The position numbers were made by a program, and so were the translations under genes. 37,247 nucleotides of DNA from Planctomycetota bacterium (GTDB lineage: Bacteria > Planctomycetota > UBA1135 > UBA2386): assembly GCA_040375075.1 (NCBI GenBank), contig JBEITC010000003.1:1-37247 (forward strand), read 5' to 3'. The notes beneath the pieces are model-generated. The model ran no database searches and was not told the DNA's origin. It saw only the letters and a list, made by a program, of their open reading frames with translations. Positions 10,801 to 19,749 of the stretch are shown piece by piece (the stretch's first letter is position 1; every line of letters starts with the position of its first letter).

Positions 10801-11108
10801 TGACGCTGACGACGACCAACTACACGGCGTCGGCGCCGGTCGGCGTGCAGATCCTCGGCGTCACGCGCGTCGATCCGGGCTTCGACCTCGCTGCGCTCGG
10901 CATGCCGGGCTGCTTCCAGTACACGTCGCCGACCGCGCTCTACACGGTCAACGTCGCGGCGGGCTCGTCGACGTACACGATGTCGATCCCCAATGACCCG
11001 ACGCTGATGGGCTTCCAGTTCTTCGGCCAGAGCCTCGGCTTCGCGATCGGCGCGAACACGGCCGGCCTCGTGACGTCGAACGGCGTCGCGCTGACGGTCG
11101 GCATCTGA
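7858..11108 (+). CDS. Secreted thermolysin/fungalysin-like (M4/M36-type) metalloprotease with accessory C-terminal domains; one frameshift near 10626
   Basis: Signal peptide; FTP/PepSY-like propeptide (FRGVPV, YYVDAKTG); IAHEWGHG, LSEGWGD, GVHTAG; Gly linker; PANNEC/PPC-like domain. The frame stops at 10635, but one added G at the tggg run gives AWGPVTVAGNG and continues to the stop at 11108. Confidence 0.85.
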
Positions 11109-11132
11109 CGCCGACCGCGGCCTGCCGCGCGC

Positions 11133-12245
11133 TCAGCGCGGCAGGACGCGCGCCAGCTCGCGCGCGATGCGTTCGTGCACGAGCGGACTGGCGTGCGTGT
11201 CGTGGCTGTTGACGACGCGTTCGGCGACCGACAGGTCGCCGAGGAACCCGGCGGCGTCCGTCGTCGGCACGCCGCGATCGGCGAAGAAGCGCAGCACGCG
11301 CGCGTTCGCCTGGCGGCTCCACTCCAGGTCCTCCATCAGCGGCAGCACCAGGACGTGCAGCGGCACGCCGCGCTCCTTGGCCCAGTCGACGATCGCCGCG
11401 AGTTCCTGCTCGTGCGCGCGCGCGACCTCGTCGTCGCCGTGCGTCGCCGCGAGGAAGGCGTCGTAGGCGGCCGCGTCGCCGCGCGGGAACTGCCAGTAGA
11501 CGAAGTTGGCGAGGTAGCTGCCGCGCACGAGGAAGCGCAGCTTCGTCGACTTCAGGTCCTGGTAGGGCGCGAACGGCGGCATCGTCCGTCCCGCACGCTG
11601 CGCCGCGCCGTCGACGTCGTTGGGGAAGTGCTGCAGCAGCAGCAGGTCGGGCTTGCCCGGATGCGCCTGCAACCGGCGCAGCTCCTCGGCGGTGTCGGCG
11701 CCGCACTGGCCGAGGTTGACGACGTGCAGGTCGGGGCGCGCCACCGCGAGCCGATCGGGATAGCGATCGGCGACGTCGGCGATGCCGTGGCCAGCGGTGA
11801 AGGAGTCGCCGAGCGCCCAGACCACGCGCTTGCCGGCCGGCGCCGGACCGGCGGCGTCGCGATAACCGAGCGCGTCGGTCGGCGCCCAGTGGCGTTCGTG
11901 CCAGATGCGGCCGGCGATCGTGTAGCCGACACCGTGGCTGCGGGCGACGAAGGTGAACGCCGCTTCGACGACCAAGACGGTCGCGCCCGCGAAGCATGCG
12001 GCCATCGCGAGCTGGACGAACCAACGCGGCCGGCCGGGCGACGCGACGCTGCATGCCGCGCCAGCGAGCAACGCGGAGATCGCGGCGCCGAGCAGCGCGA
12101 GGCGCGCCGTCAGGAACACCGCCGGCGAGTCGTTCGCGCCGTGCCAGAGGACCGACTCGGTCAGGGCGACGCAGCCCCAGGCCAACGCGCCGGCGAACGC
12201 GAAGGCGATGCCGGTGACGAGGTAGCAGTTGCGCACGATGGCCAT
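11133..12245 (-). CDS. Membrane-anchored SGNH/GDSL hydrolase family protein
   Basis: Starts MAIVRNCYL; about three hydrophobic segments; LGDSFTAG, NLGQCG, FPND and DTH blocks. Confidence 0.85.
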   Translation of the reverse strand: MAIVRNCYLVTGIAFAFAGALAWGCVALTESVLWHGANDSPAVFLTARLALLGAAISALLAGAACSVASPGRPRWFVQLAMAACFAGATVLVVEAAFTFVARSHGVGYTIAGRIWHERHWAPTDALGYRDAAGPAPAGKRVVWALGDSFTAGHGIADVADRYPDRLAVARPDLHVVNLGQCGADTAEELRRLQAHPGKPDLLLLQHFPNDVDGAAQRAGRTMPPFAPYQDLKSTKLRFLVRGSYLANFVYWQFPRGDAAAYDAFLAATHGDDEVARAHEQELAAIVDWAKERGVPLHVLVLPLMEDLEWSRQANARVLRFFADRGVPTTDAAGFLGDLSVAERVVNSHDTHASPLVHERIARELARVLPR

Positions 12246-12374
12246 CGGTCGAAGTTCTTCCGCGACGCTGCGACCGCATGCTAGCGAGGGACGCGCCCCG
12301 CGCAGCGCGCGCGCCCTGGGATCCGCGGGGCCTTCCGTTCGGTGCGGGCCGGCGGCCGCGCGTACGCTGCGCGG

Positions 12375-13652
12375 ATGCGCGCCGCGTTGGTCTCGACGTT
12401 CCTGCTCGCCGCGAGCCTGCCTGCGCAGGACGCGACGCCGTACCCCGTGGCTGCGAGCAAGAAGGGCCTGCAGGTGCAGATGGTCGACGATGCGCTCGCG
12501 CTCGGCATCCGCCACGCCGCGCTGAACGTCGACCTGACCGCCTTCGTCGACCTCGACGGCGGCGACGACGCGCTGGCCCACGAGCATGGCGGCCGCCGCT
12601 GGTGGCTGGCCAAGGCGCCGGTCGCGGCGCTCGACGCCCAGGTGGCGCCGCTGTCGCGGGCTGGCGTCGTGGTGAGCGCGATCCTGCTGGCGATCCAGAG
12701 CGGCGATCCGGCGCGCGATCGCTTCACCGTGCACGGCGCCTGCGTCGGCCGCGCTCCCAATGGCATCGCCGCCTTCGCCACGGACCGCGACGAGAGCCGG
12801 CAGTTCCTCGGCGCCGTGGTGACGTTCCTGGCGCAGCGCTACGCCGGCGACGCGCCGCACGGCCGCATCTGGAACTGGATCGTCGGCAACGAGATCAACT
12901 CGCACTGGTGGTGGCACCACATGGGGCGCGCCGGGCTCGACGACGTCGTCGCCGCGTACGAACCCGCGGTGCGCCTCGTGCACGGCGCGGTGCGCGAGCA
13001 CAGCCGGCACGGTCGCGTGTTCGTGTCGTTGGAGCACCACTGGACGCAGCGCCAGGCCGCAGGCGACGCGCAGCAGGCGCTGCCGGGTCGCGAACTCCTC
13101 GCCGCGTTCGCCGCGCGCGCGCGCGCCGGGGGCGACTTCGACTGGCACGTCGCGTTCCACCCGTATCCCGAAGACCTCTTCGACTGCCGCTTCTGGCGCG
13201 ACCGCACCGCCACCGACGACGACGACGCGCACCGCGTGACCTTCCGCAACCTGCCGGTGCTGACGCGCTTCCTCGATTGCCCCGAGCTGCGATGGCAGGG
13301 CGCGACCCGGCGCGTGCTGCTCAGCGAGCAGGGCTTCCATTGCCGCGACGGCGAAGCGGGCGAGCTCGAGCAGGCGGCGGCCTTCGCGCTGGCGTGGTCG
13401 ATCGTCGACCGCCTGCCGGCGATCGACGCGCTGATCCTGCACCGCCACGTCGACCACGCGCACGAAGGCGGGCTCCGGCTCGGCCTGTGGACGCGCAAGC
13501 CGGACAGCGTCTGCGCGCCCGAGCGGCGGCGCCGCATCGCCGACGTGTTCGCCGCGTGCGACACGCCGCGATGGCCGGCGTGCGCGGACTTCGCGTTGCC
13601 GATCGTCGGGCTCGCGCGCTGGCAGGACTGGCCGCCGCCGCGCGACCGCTGA
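12375..13652 (+). CDS. Secreted clan GH-A-like glycoside hydrolase (DUF5722-like)
   Basis: Signal peptide MRAALVSTFLLAASLPAQ; SKKGLQ, WIVGNEIN, AFHPYP and LLSEQGF motifs. Confidence 0.78.
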   Translation: MRAALVSTFLLAASLPAQDATPYPVAASKKGLQVQMVDDALALGIRHAALNVDLTAFVDLDGGDDALAHEHGGRRWWLAKAPVAALDAQVAPLSRAGVVVSAILLAIQSGDPARDRFTVHGACVGRAPNGIAAFATDRDESRQFLGAVVTFLAQRYAGDAPHGRIWNWIVGNEINSHWWWHHMGRAGLDDVVAAYEPAVRLVHGAVREHSRHGRVFVSLEHHWTQRQAAGDAQQALPGRELLAAFAARARAGGDFDWHVAFHPYPEDLFDCRFWRDRTATDDDDAHRVTFRNLPVLTRFLDCPELRWQGATRRVLLSEQGFHCRDGEAGELEQAAAFALAWSIVDRLPAIDALILHRHVDHAHEGGLRLGLWTRKPDSVCAPERRRRIADVFAACDTPRWPACADFALPIVGLARWQDWPPPRDR

Positions 13653-13664
13653 CGGCGGGCGCGA

Positions 13665-14681
13665 TCAGGCGGGCAGCAGCAAGCGCGCCTGCAGGGCCAC
13701 CTGCGTCTCGGCCCAGCGCAGCTTGTAGTCCATCAGCGGCCCCATGTCGTAACGACGCGCCTGCTCCTCGCCGAGCCATGCGATCTGCTCGAGCTGCAGC
13801 ACGTTGCCGAGCGAGTGACGCGCCCACGACTGGTCGAAGCTGAACTGCTGGCCGCGGTAGATGCCGTCGACGCAGCCGCCGAAGATGAAGCCGACGTCGC
13901 GGCCTTCGTGCACGGCGAAGATGGCGCGCGCGAAGCCGCCGACGGCGAGCCGCTCGCACATGCGACCGTAGAACGGCAGCGACGCGCCGGTGGTCATGCC
14001 GCAGTCGCCGATGCCCTTCCAGCTGCGTTCCTCGATCGCGCACATGCGCGCGTAGGCGGCGCGGGCCGCGATCGCGTCGGTCGGCGCGCATCGATCGAAC
14101 ACGACGCCGAGGTCGCGCGCGCGGCGCCAGGCCTGCTCGACGCGACGACGGAAGTGCTGCGTGCGGCGCGACAGGAAGCCATCGAGACCGCCCGCCAACG
14201 ACGCGACGCACTGCACGCGCTCCTCGTCGGCCTGCAGCCGCCAACGATCCGCCATGGCGCTCTCGAGCCGGGCGAGCGTCGCCGACCCCGGCGCCATGCC
14301 GGTGACGAACACCGCGGGCCGCACGCCGCGCTCCTGCAGCCTGGCGAGCCGGCGCTGCAGCAGGTCGATGGCGCCGTCACCGAGCAGCGGACAGCCGAAG
14401 CACCACGACGCCTCGCAGGGCAGGAGCGTGAGGCCGTAGCGCACCGTGTCCGCCCATGCGAAGGCGAGCGCCGCGCCATCGGCGACGACGATCTCCGGGC
14501 GGAACGAGGGATGCATCGTCTCCATCGCCGACAGCTGCCACTCGGTGCGGCAGCACAGCGGATCGCCGTGCTCGACGGCCATCGCGGCGCGGTTCCACGC
14601 CGAGTCGGGGGCGTCCTGCTCGGCGACGGTCGTGACCGTCGCGGGGCGACCGTCGCCGCCGCCGTTCGCCGCCGTGGCCAT
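13665..14681 (-). CDS. GNAT N-acyltransferase (CelD/BcsL, Acetyltransf_6-like)
   Basis: FLSRRTQHFRR, ERSWKG, SFDQSWARHSLGNVL and YDMGPLMDYKLRW; begins 5 nt after the GT4 stop. Confidence 0.8.
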   Translation of the reverse strand: MATAANGGGDGRPATVTTVAEQDAPDSAWNRAAMAVEHGDPLCCRTEWQLSAMETMHPSFRPEIVVADGAALAFAWADTVRYGLTLLPCEASWCFGCPLLGDGAIDLLQRRLARLQERGVRPAVFVTGMAPGSATLARLESAMADRWRLQADEERVQCVASLAGGLDGFLSRRTQHFRRRVEQAWRRARDLGVVFDRCAPTDAIAARAAYARMCAIEERSWKGIGDCGMTTGASLPFYGRMCERLAVGGFARAIFAVHEGRDVGFIFGGCVDGIYRGQQFSFDQSWARHSLGNVLQLEQIAWLGEEQARRYDMGPLMDYKLRWAETQVALQARLLLPA

Positions 14682-14686
14682 CCGCG

Positions 14687-16039
14687 TCAGCGCGGCCCGG
14701 ACTGCGGCATCGCGCGCGACAAGGCCGTCTCGCGCTGCAGCATCAGGAAGTCGATGCGGCGGTCGGCGCCGACCGGCGGACAGAACGGCGCGGGCGGCGG
14801 CGAGCTGCGGATGCGCTCGTAGACGCGCAGCAAGGCGTCGACGTGGGCTTCCACGCTCGCCGAGCCGGCCGGGCGCCGCTCGCGCAGCTGCGCCCACAGC
14901 TGCGGTTCGTCGACGAAGCGCCGCAGCGCGGCGGCGAGATCGGCGTCGTCGCCAGCGCGCGTGGGCAGCCCCGCCGCGCCGGCGCGCTCCGGCAGCGCGC
15001 CGAGGTCGCTGGTGACGCAGGGCAGGCCGAGCTCGAAGCACTCGTCGAGCACGAGCCCGTACGTCTCGATGCACGTGCTCGGGAAGACGCCGACGTGCGG
15101 CGCGACGGCGTGCAACTGCGCGGCGTCGAAGCGGCCGTGCATCGTCACCGGCAGACCGGTGGCGAGCTCGCGCAGCTCCGCTTCCAGGGCCGGCGACTCG
15201 ACGCCACCGAGGACGTGCAGCTCCGCACGGCCGGGTCGCTCCGCCAGCAAGCGGCGGAACGCGCGCAGCAGCACGTCGACGCCCTTGTGCCGACCGACGC
15301 CGCCCCAGAACGCGAAGCGGAGCGGCTCGCCCGCCGCCGGCGCCGGCAACGGCGCCATGCCGCGGAAGCGCGGTCGGTACCCGAGCGGCAGCGTCTCGTA
15401 GCGCGCGCGCGGCACGCCCGTCGTCGCCGCGAGCAGGTCCGCCGTGCTGTCCACCGCGACGAGGACCGCCGCGGCGTGCGCGAGCTCGGCGCGGAAGTGG
15501 TCGCGGAAGAGCTCGATGCCGGCGTCGATCTCGCCCTGCGGTTCGTAGCCGTACTTCGGCACGCAGTCGCGGCAGCTCGCGGCCGACAGCTGCCGGCGAC
15601 AGGCTTCGTCGCCGACGCGGCGCCGGAAGGCGCGCGGGCAACTCGTGTAGTAGTCGTGCAGCGTGACCACGGCCGGCACGCCGACGCGGGCGCAGACCTC
15701 GACGAGATTGCACGTGAGCCGGACCCACTGGTGCACGTGCACGACGCCGGGGCGGCGTTCGCGCAGCAGCGCCTCGAAGCGCCGTTCGACCCCCGGGTGC
15801 CACATCTTGGCGTGGTGGTCGAAGTACTGGTCGTCGCGGTGCAGGCGATGCACGGCGAGCCCCTCGACCTCTTCGCGCGCGATCTGGACCTCGGGCCGCC
15901 GTTCATGGCTGCCGGAGAGGACCTCGACGGCGAGGCCGAGGGCCTGCTGGCGCTTGGCCACGTCGAACACGTAGGTCTCCGACCCGCCGCGGTGCTCCGG
16001 CAGGAACTGGTGGATCACGTGCAGGACGTCGAGCGACAT
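14687..16039 (-). CDS. Glycosyltransferase family 4 (GT-B)
   Basis: GGSETY, VVTLHDYYTSC, GRHKGVDVL, PSTCIETYGLVLDE and SDLGALPE. Confidence 0.92.
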   Translation of the reverse strand: MSLDVLHVIHQFLPEHRGGSETYVFDVAKRQQALGLAVEVLSGSHERRPEVQIAREEVEGLAVHRLHRDDQYFDHHAKMWHPGVERRFEALLRERRPGVVHVHQWVRLTCNLVEVCARVGVPAVVTLHDYYTSCPRAFRRRVGDEACRRQLSAASCRDCVPKYGYEPQGEIDAGIELFRDHFRAELAHAAAVLVAVDSTADLLAATTGVPRARYETLPLGYRPRFRGMAPLPAPAAGEPLRFAFWGGVGRHKGVDVLLRAFRRLLAERPGRAELHVLGGVESPALEAELRELATGLPVTMHGRFDAAQLHAVAPHVGVFPSTCIETYGLVLDECFELGLPCVTSDLGALPERAGAAGLPTRAGDDADLAAALRRFVDEPQLWAQLRERRPAGSASVEAHVDALLRVYERIRSSPPPAPFCPPVGADRRIDFLMLQRETALSRAMPQSGPR

Positions 16040-16078
16040 GGCCCGTCGTTATACTCCGGCGCCGGAACGTCTCCGCCG

Positions 16079-16684
16079 ATGACCTCGCCCGATCGCGACT
16101 ACGCCGCCGAGATCGCCGCCGCCCGCAGGGGCGAGCCGGCGGCGCTCGACTCCATCTTCCAACGCAACATGGGTCCGCTGGTCGCCTTCATCCGGTCGCG
16201 CACCGGCAAGGCAGTGGCCGCGCGCGAGTCGGCGCACGACATCGCCCAGTCGGTGTTCCGCGAAGTGCTCGTCGACGCGCCCAAGGTCGAACTCAAGGGC
16301 GAAGGAGCGTTCCGCAACTGGCTGTTCATGCAGGCGACCCGCAAGGTGCTCGACCGCGCGAAGTTCCTCGGCCGCGAGCGCCGCGACGCCAGCCGCGAGG
16401 TGGCGATCCCCGAGACGGGGCCGTCGGCCGACGCGCTGCTCGGCGCCTACGCGACGCTCGGCACGCCGAGCCGCCACGCGGCGGCGCGCGAGGAGATCGC
16501 GCGTTTCGAAGCCGCGGTCGCGCAACTGCCCGAGAACCAGCGTGACGCCGTCACCATGTCGCGGCTGCTGGGCCTCGAGTACCCGCAGATCGCCGAGCAC
16601 ATGGGCATGACCGAGTCCGCCGTCCGCGGTCTCGTCGCCCGCGGCCTGGCGGCGCTGGCGGCGATCCTCGCCCCCGAGGATTGA
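16079..16684 (+). CDS. ECF sigma-70 factor, probably kinase-associated type
   Basis: sigma2 region (ESAHDIAQSVF, AFRNWL) and sigma4 region (QLPENQRDAV...IAEHMGMTESAVRGLVARG); no adjacent anti-sigma. Confidence 0.9.
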   Translation: MTSPDRDYAAEIAAARRGEPAALDSIFQRNMGPLVAFIRSRTGKAVAARESAHDIAQSVFREVLVDAPKVELKGEGAFRNWLFMQATRKVLDRAKFLGRERRDASREVAIPETGPSADALLGAYATLGTPSRHAAAREEIARFEAAVAQLPENQRDAVTMSRLLGLEYPQIAEHMGMTESAVRGLVARGLAALAAILAPED

Positions 16685-16718
16685 TCGGGCGTACCCGGCG
16701 GACGACGCGCCGCCGGGA

Positions 16719-18557
16719 TCAACCGGCCGCGAGCAGTTCGTTGGCGTGCGCGCGAACCGCGGCATCGAGGTCGAGCGTCGCCGTCGTCTCGAGGAAGGCG
16801 CGGACGCTTGCCTCGCTGCGGCGGGCGAGGGCGGCCAGCGCTTCCATGCGCACCATCGGATCGGCGTCCGCGAGACCGCGACGCGTCAGCGCCTCGAAGG
16901 CCTGCGCGCCCGGGCAGCGGCGCAGCACGGCGCAGCAGGCGATGCGGACGGCGGCCTGTTCGTGGCCGAGCAGGCGCAGCGCCACGTCGAGCGCCTGGGG
17001 CGCGCCCGAGTTGCCGACCGCGAACACCCAGGCGTCGAGCTCGCCGCGGGCCGCGAACCCGGCTTCCATCGCCAGCAGGTTCGCGAGCGGCGACGGGCCG
17101 CCTTCGTTCGGCGAGCCGGCGCGGCCTGCGAGCGCGCCCAGGACCAGCAGCGAGTTGCTCCGCAGACCCGATTCGCTGCGCGCTTCGTCGGCGAGCGACT
17201 GCAGCAGGCGCGCGCCGGGCTCGGCGAGCTGCAGGCAGGCCGTCGTCGCCTGTTCACGCATCGGCGGCGCGACCCGGTCGTCGCGCAGCGCCAGCAGCGC
17301 GTCCTGGGCCGCTACCGTGCCCGCCGCGCCGAGCGCGCCGATCGCGACCCCGGTGGCCTTCGACGCGACCTGTCCGGCGAGCAACTGCTCGGCGAGCGAG
17401 CGCGTCGCCACGTCGTCGCCGCGCAGCAACCACTGCAGCTTCTGGAAGGCGGCGTCCACCGCCTCGTCGTCGACCTTGGCCGCGGCGAGCAGGCGCTCGA
17501 TCTCCGCGAGCACGTCGGCGAGGGCCACGCCCTGCAGGCGCTCGCGCCACTCGCGCCGCTGCGCGGCGTCGGCATAGCCGCCCATGCGCTCGCCTTCGCC
17601 GGTCGCGCTGGCGTTCGCGCGATCCCACGCCGCGGGGCCCGCAACGGCGACGGCCGCCTCGGCGACCAGCGTCGCCGACGCCTTCCGCGCCGTGTGCGCC
17701 TTCATGTCGGCGAGCGGGAGCTCCATCGTCAGGGTCTCTGACACCTCGACGCCGGCGAGCCAGCCCCGCGCCAGCGCGAAGCGCGCCTGCGTGCCGCCCT
17801 GCACCGAGTGACTCGGCAGTTGCGCCATGCCGCGGACGCTCGTCAGCGCGAGGCGCGTGCGGCGGACGAGGAGGCTGTCGTCGTCGCTGCCCGGCAGCGC
17901 TTCGTAGCTGGCCTCGAAGCCGCCCATGCTGTCGCTGCCGGCGCTGGTCCACGTCGTAGCGCCGTCGACCGGCGCCTCGACGAATAGCAGCCCGACCACG
18001 CCGCGCAGGAAGTTGCGCTGGTCGCCGTCCAGTTGCTGGGCGAAGCCGAAGCCCTCGATGCGACCGCGGCCGTCGATGCGCAGCAGCGTCGGAGTCGCGG
18101 CTGCCGTCACATACGACTGCTGGATGGCGTCGCCGGCGATCTCGCGGCCATCGGGACCGAGGAAGCGCAGGCCGTCGATGCGGGCCTCGATGAGGGCCTC
18201 TTCGGCGCGGCGGTCGATCACGGTCGTCGTGACCAGCGAGCGCATGTCGATGATGCCCGGCGCCTGCGGCGCGGACCTGGGCTGCGTGATCTGGATCGTG
18301 GTCCGGTCGGCGACCTCATAGCGGAAGCTCGCGCCGGCAGGTGCCGTCCAGCAGCCACGGCGCTGCACCGCATCGGTGCGCGTCGCCGTCGGCGCCGCCG
18401 CCGCCGCCGCCGCGGCGACGGTCTCGGCGGCGGCGTCGCCCGGGGACATGGTCAGGACCGGCATGGCGGCGTCGCCCAACAGCAAGAAGCCGAGGGCGGC
18501 GAGCGCCGAGAACGAGGCGGCGAGGGTGAGGACCGTGCGCTGTGCGATGCGTGCCAT
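16719..18557 (-). CDS. Exported protein: vitellogenin/LLTP N-terminal-like beta domain plus HEAT-like helical domain
   Basis: Hydrophobic N-terminus; RNFLRGVVGLL, DSMGGFEASY, GALGAAGT, LRSNSLLVLGAL and AVGNSG motifs; HEAT repeats (DADPMVRMEA). Confidence 0.65.
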   Translation of the reverse strand: MARIAQRTVLTLAASFSALAALGFLLLGDAAMPVLTMSPGDAAAETVAAAAAAAAPTATRTDAVQRRGCWTAPAGASFRYEVADRTTIQITQPRSAPQAPGIIDMRSLVTTTVIDRRAEEALIEARIDGLRFLGPDGREIAGDAIQQSYVTAAATPTLLRIDGRGRIEGFGFAQQLDGDQRNFLRGVVGLLFVEAPVDGATTWTSAGSDSMGGFEASYEALPGSDDDSLLVRRTRLALTSVRGMAQLPSHSVQGGTQARFALARGWLAGVEVSETLTMELPLADMKAHTARKASATLVAEAAVAVAGPAAWDRANASATGEGERMGGYADAAQRREWRERLQGVALADVLAEIERLLAAAKVDDEAVDAAFQKLQWLLRGDDVATRSLAEQLLAGQVASKATGVAIGALGAAGTVAAQDALLALRDDRVAPPMREQATTACLQLAEPGARLLQSLADEARSESGLRSNSLLVLGALAGRAGSPNEGGPSPLANLLAMEAGFAARGELDAWVFAVGNSGAPQALDVALRLLGHEQAAVRIACCAVLRRCPGAQAFEALTRRGLADADPMVRMEALAALARRSEASVRAFLETTATLDLDAAVRAHANELLAAG

Positions 18558-18566
18558 GCCCAGAGA

Positions 18567-18593
18567 AGCGACGCGGGCAAGCCGCCTGTTCGC
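18567..18593 (-). promoter_or_regulatory. Putative ECF promoter GCGAACAG-N13-GTCGCT, copy 1
   Basis: Ends 9 nt before ATG 18557; same boxes and spacing as the copy at 19640-19666. Confidence 0.6.
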
Positions 18594-18623
18594 GCTTCAC
18601 GGTGATTCGAACAAGGAGATCCC

Positions 18624-18660
18624 AACAACAAACGGCACACGGACTTACGTCCATGTGCCG
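18624..18660 (-). terminator. Intrinsic terminator after the beta-rich gene
   Basis: 12-bp stem CGGCACATGGAC/GTCCGTGTGCCG with a GTAA loop, followed by TTTGTTGTT on the minus strand. Confidence 0.7.
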
Positions 18661-18682
18661 CATGATCTTCCGTCGTCGCTGC

Positions 18683-19543
18683 TCAGAAGAGGTCGAAGGT
18701 CGTGGCGCCGGAGGTCCAGCTGCAGAGGGTGGTGTCCCAGGTCGCGATCGCCGTCGCCCAGACGTACAGGTACAGGTCGATCGCGCGGAGCGTGTAGGAG
18801 ATGTCGCCCGACATACCCCACAGTCCGCTCGCCGAGGCGGCCGCCGACAGCGTCTGGTGCGCGATCTGGCCGCGCAGGCCGACGCCGACGTTGAAGCCCG
18901 GGATGCCATAGCTCACCGACGCACTGGCGTACGCGTATGCCGTCGCCGAGGCGTTGAGCCCGACCGTCGCCGAGTAGGCCGGCAGCAGCCAGTTCGCCGA
19001 GCGGCTGAAGCCGCAGCCGGCGTTGCCCCGCAGCGTCACGCTGCCGACCCAGAGCGGCACCGAGGCGCTGACGCCGGTGCCGGGGAACAGGTTGTAGGTG
19101 CTCGACACCGCGCCGAAGGTGCTGCTGTTGGTGAAGGAGCTGCTCGACAGCGTGATGCCCATCAGCTCCAGCCGGTACAGGCCCGAGCGCGACTGCACGC
19201 CGTTGTTCATCACGTTCGAGGCGTTGCCGTAGATCTCGGCCACCTCGAGCGACTGCTGCAGCACGTTGGCGTTGACCCGGAACTGGCCGGTCAGGCTGCC
19301 GACCTCGTACGTGCCCTGCTTCTGCCGCACGAGTCCGGCGTAGGCGTAGGCCGTGCCGCCCAGCCACGAGTTGCCGATCGTGCGGGTGAACGTGCGGTTG
19401 CTGTACTCCAGCGACGGCAGCGTCGGCGGCGTCGACGTGCCGCCCGACATCGTGCCGGTGCTGCCACCGACGATCTGCGCGGCGGCGATCGTGTTGAGGG
19501 CCAGGAGGGCGGTCAGGGAGAGGACGATCTTCTTGGCGAACAT
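18683..19543 (-). CDS. Secreted all-beta, Ser/Thr/Gly/aromatic-rich hypothetical protein (286 aa)
   Basis: Signal peptide MFAKKIVLSLTALLALNTIAAAQ; long alternating amphipathic beta-strand pattern; strong coding bias. Confidence 0.8.
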   Translation of the reverse strand: MFAKKIVLSLTALLALNTIAAAQIVGGSTGTMSGGTSTPPTLPSLEYSNRTFTRTIGNSWLGGTAYAYAGLVRQKQGTYEVGSLTGQFRVNANVLQQSLEVAEIYGNASNVMNNGVQSRSGLYRLELMGITLSSSSFTNSSTFGAVSSTYNLFPGTGVSASVPLWVGSVTLRGNAGCGFSRSANWLLPAYSATVGLNASATAYAYASASVSYGIPGFNVGVGLRGQIAHQTLSAAASASGLWGMSGDISYTLRAIDLYLYVWATAIATWDTTLCSWTSGATTFDLF

Positions 19544-19639
19544 GGCTTGTTCTCGTTCGGGAAAGGTGTTGGTGACGATTGGTTGTGCGGTCCGGATCCG
19601 CCTCGTGGCGGCCCGTCGGCGTCGTGCCGACACCCGTCG

Positions 19640-19666
19640 AGCGACACCCGTCGCGCCGCTGTTCGC
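19640..19666 (-). promoter_or_regulatory. Putative ECF promoter GCGAACAG-N13-GTCGCT, copy 2
   Basis: About 100 nt upstream of ATG 19543; boxes identical to copy 1 with a different spacer sequence. Confidence 0.6.
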
Positions 19667-19749
19667 AAAGGCGGAGATTCCCGTGACGGCGCCCGGAGTC
19701 GCATGGAGGGTGCACTGCGTCGCCGACGCGGCGATGATGCGAGCCGCCG

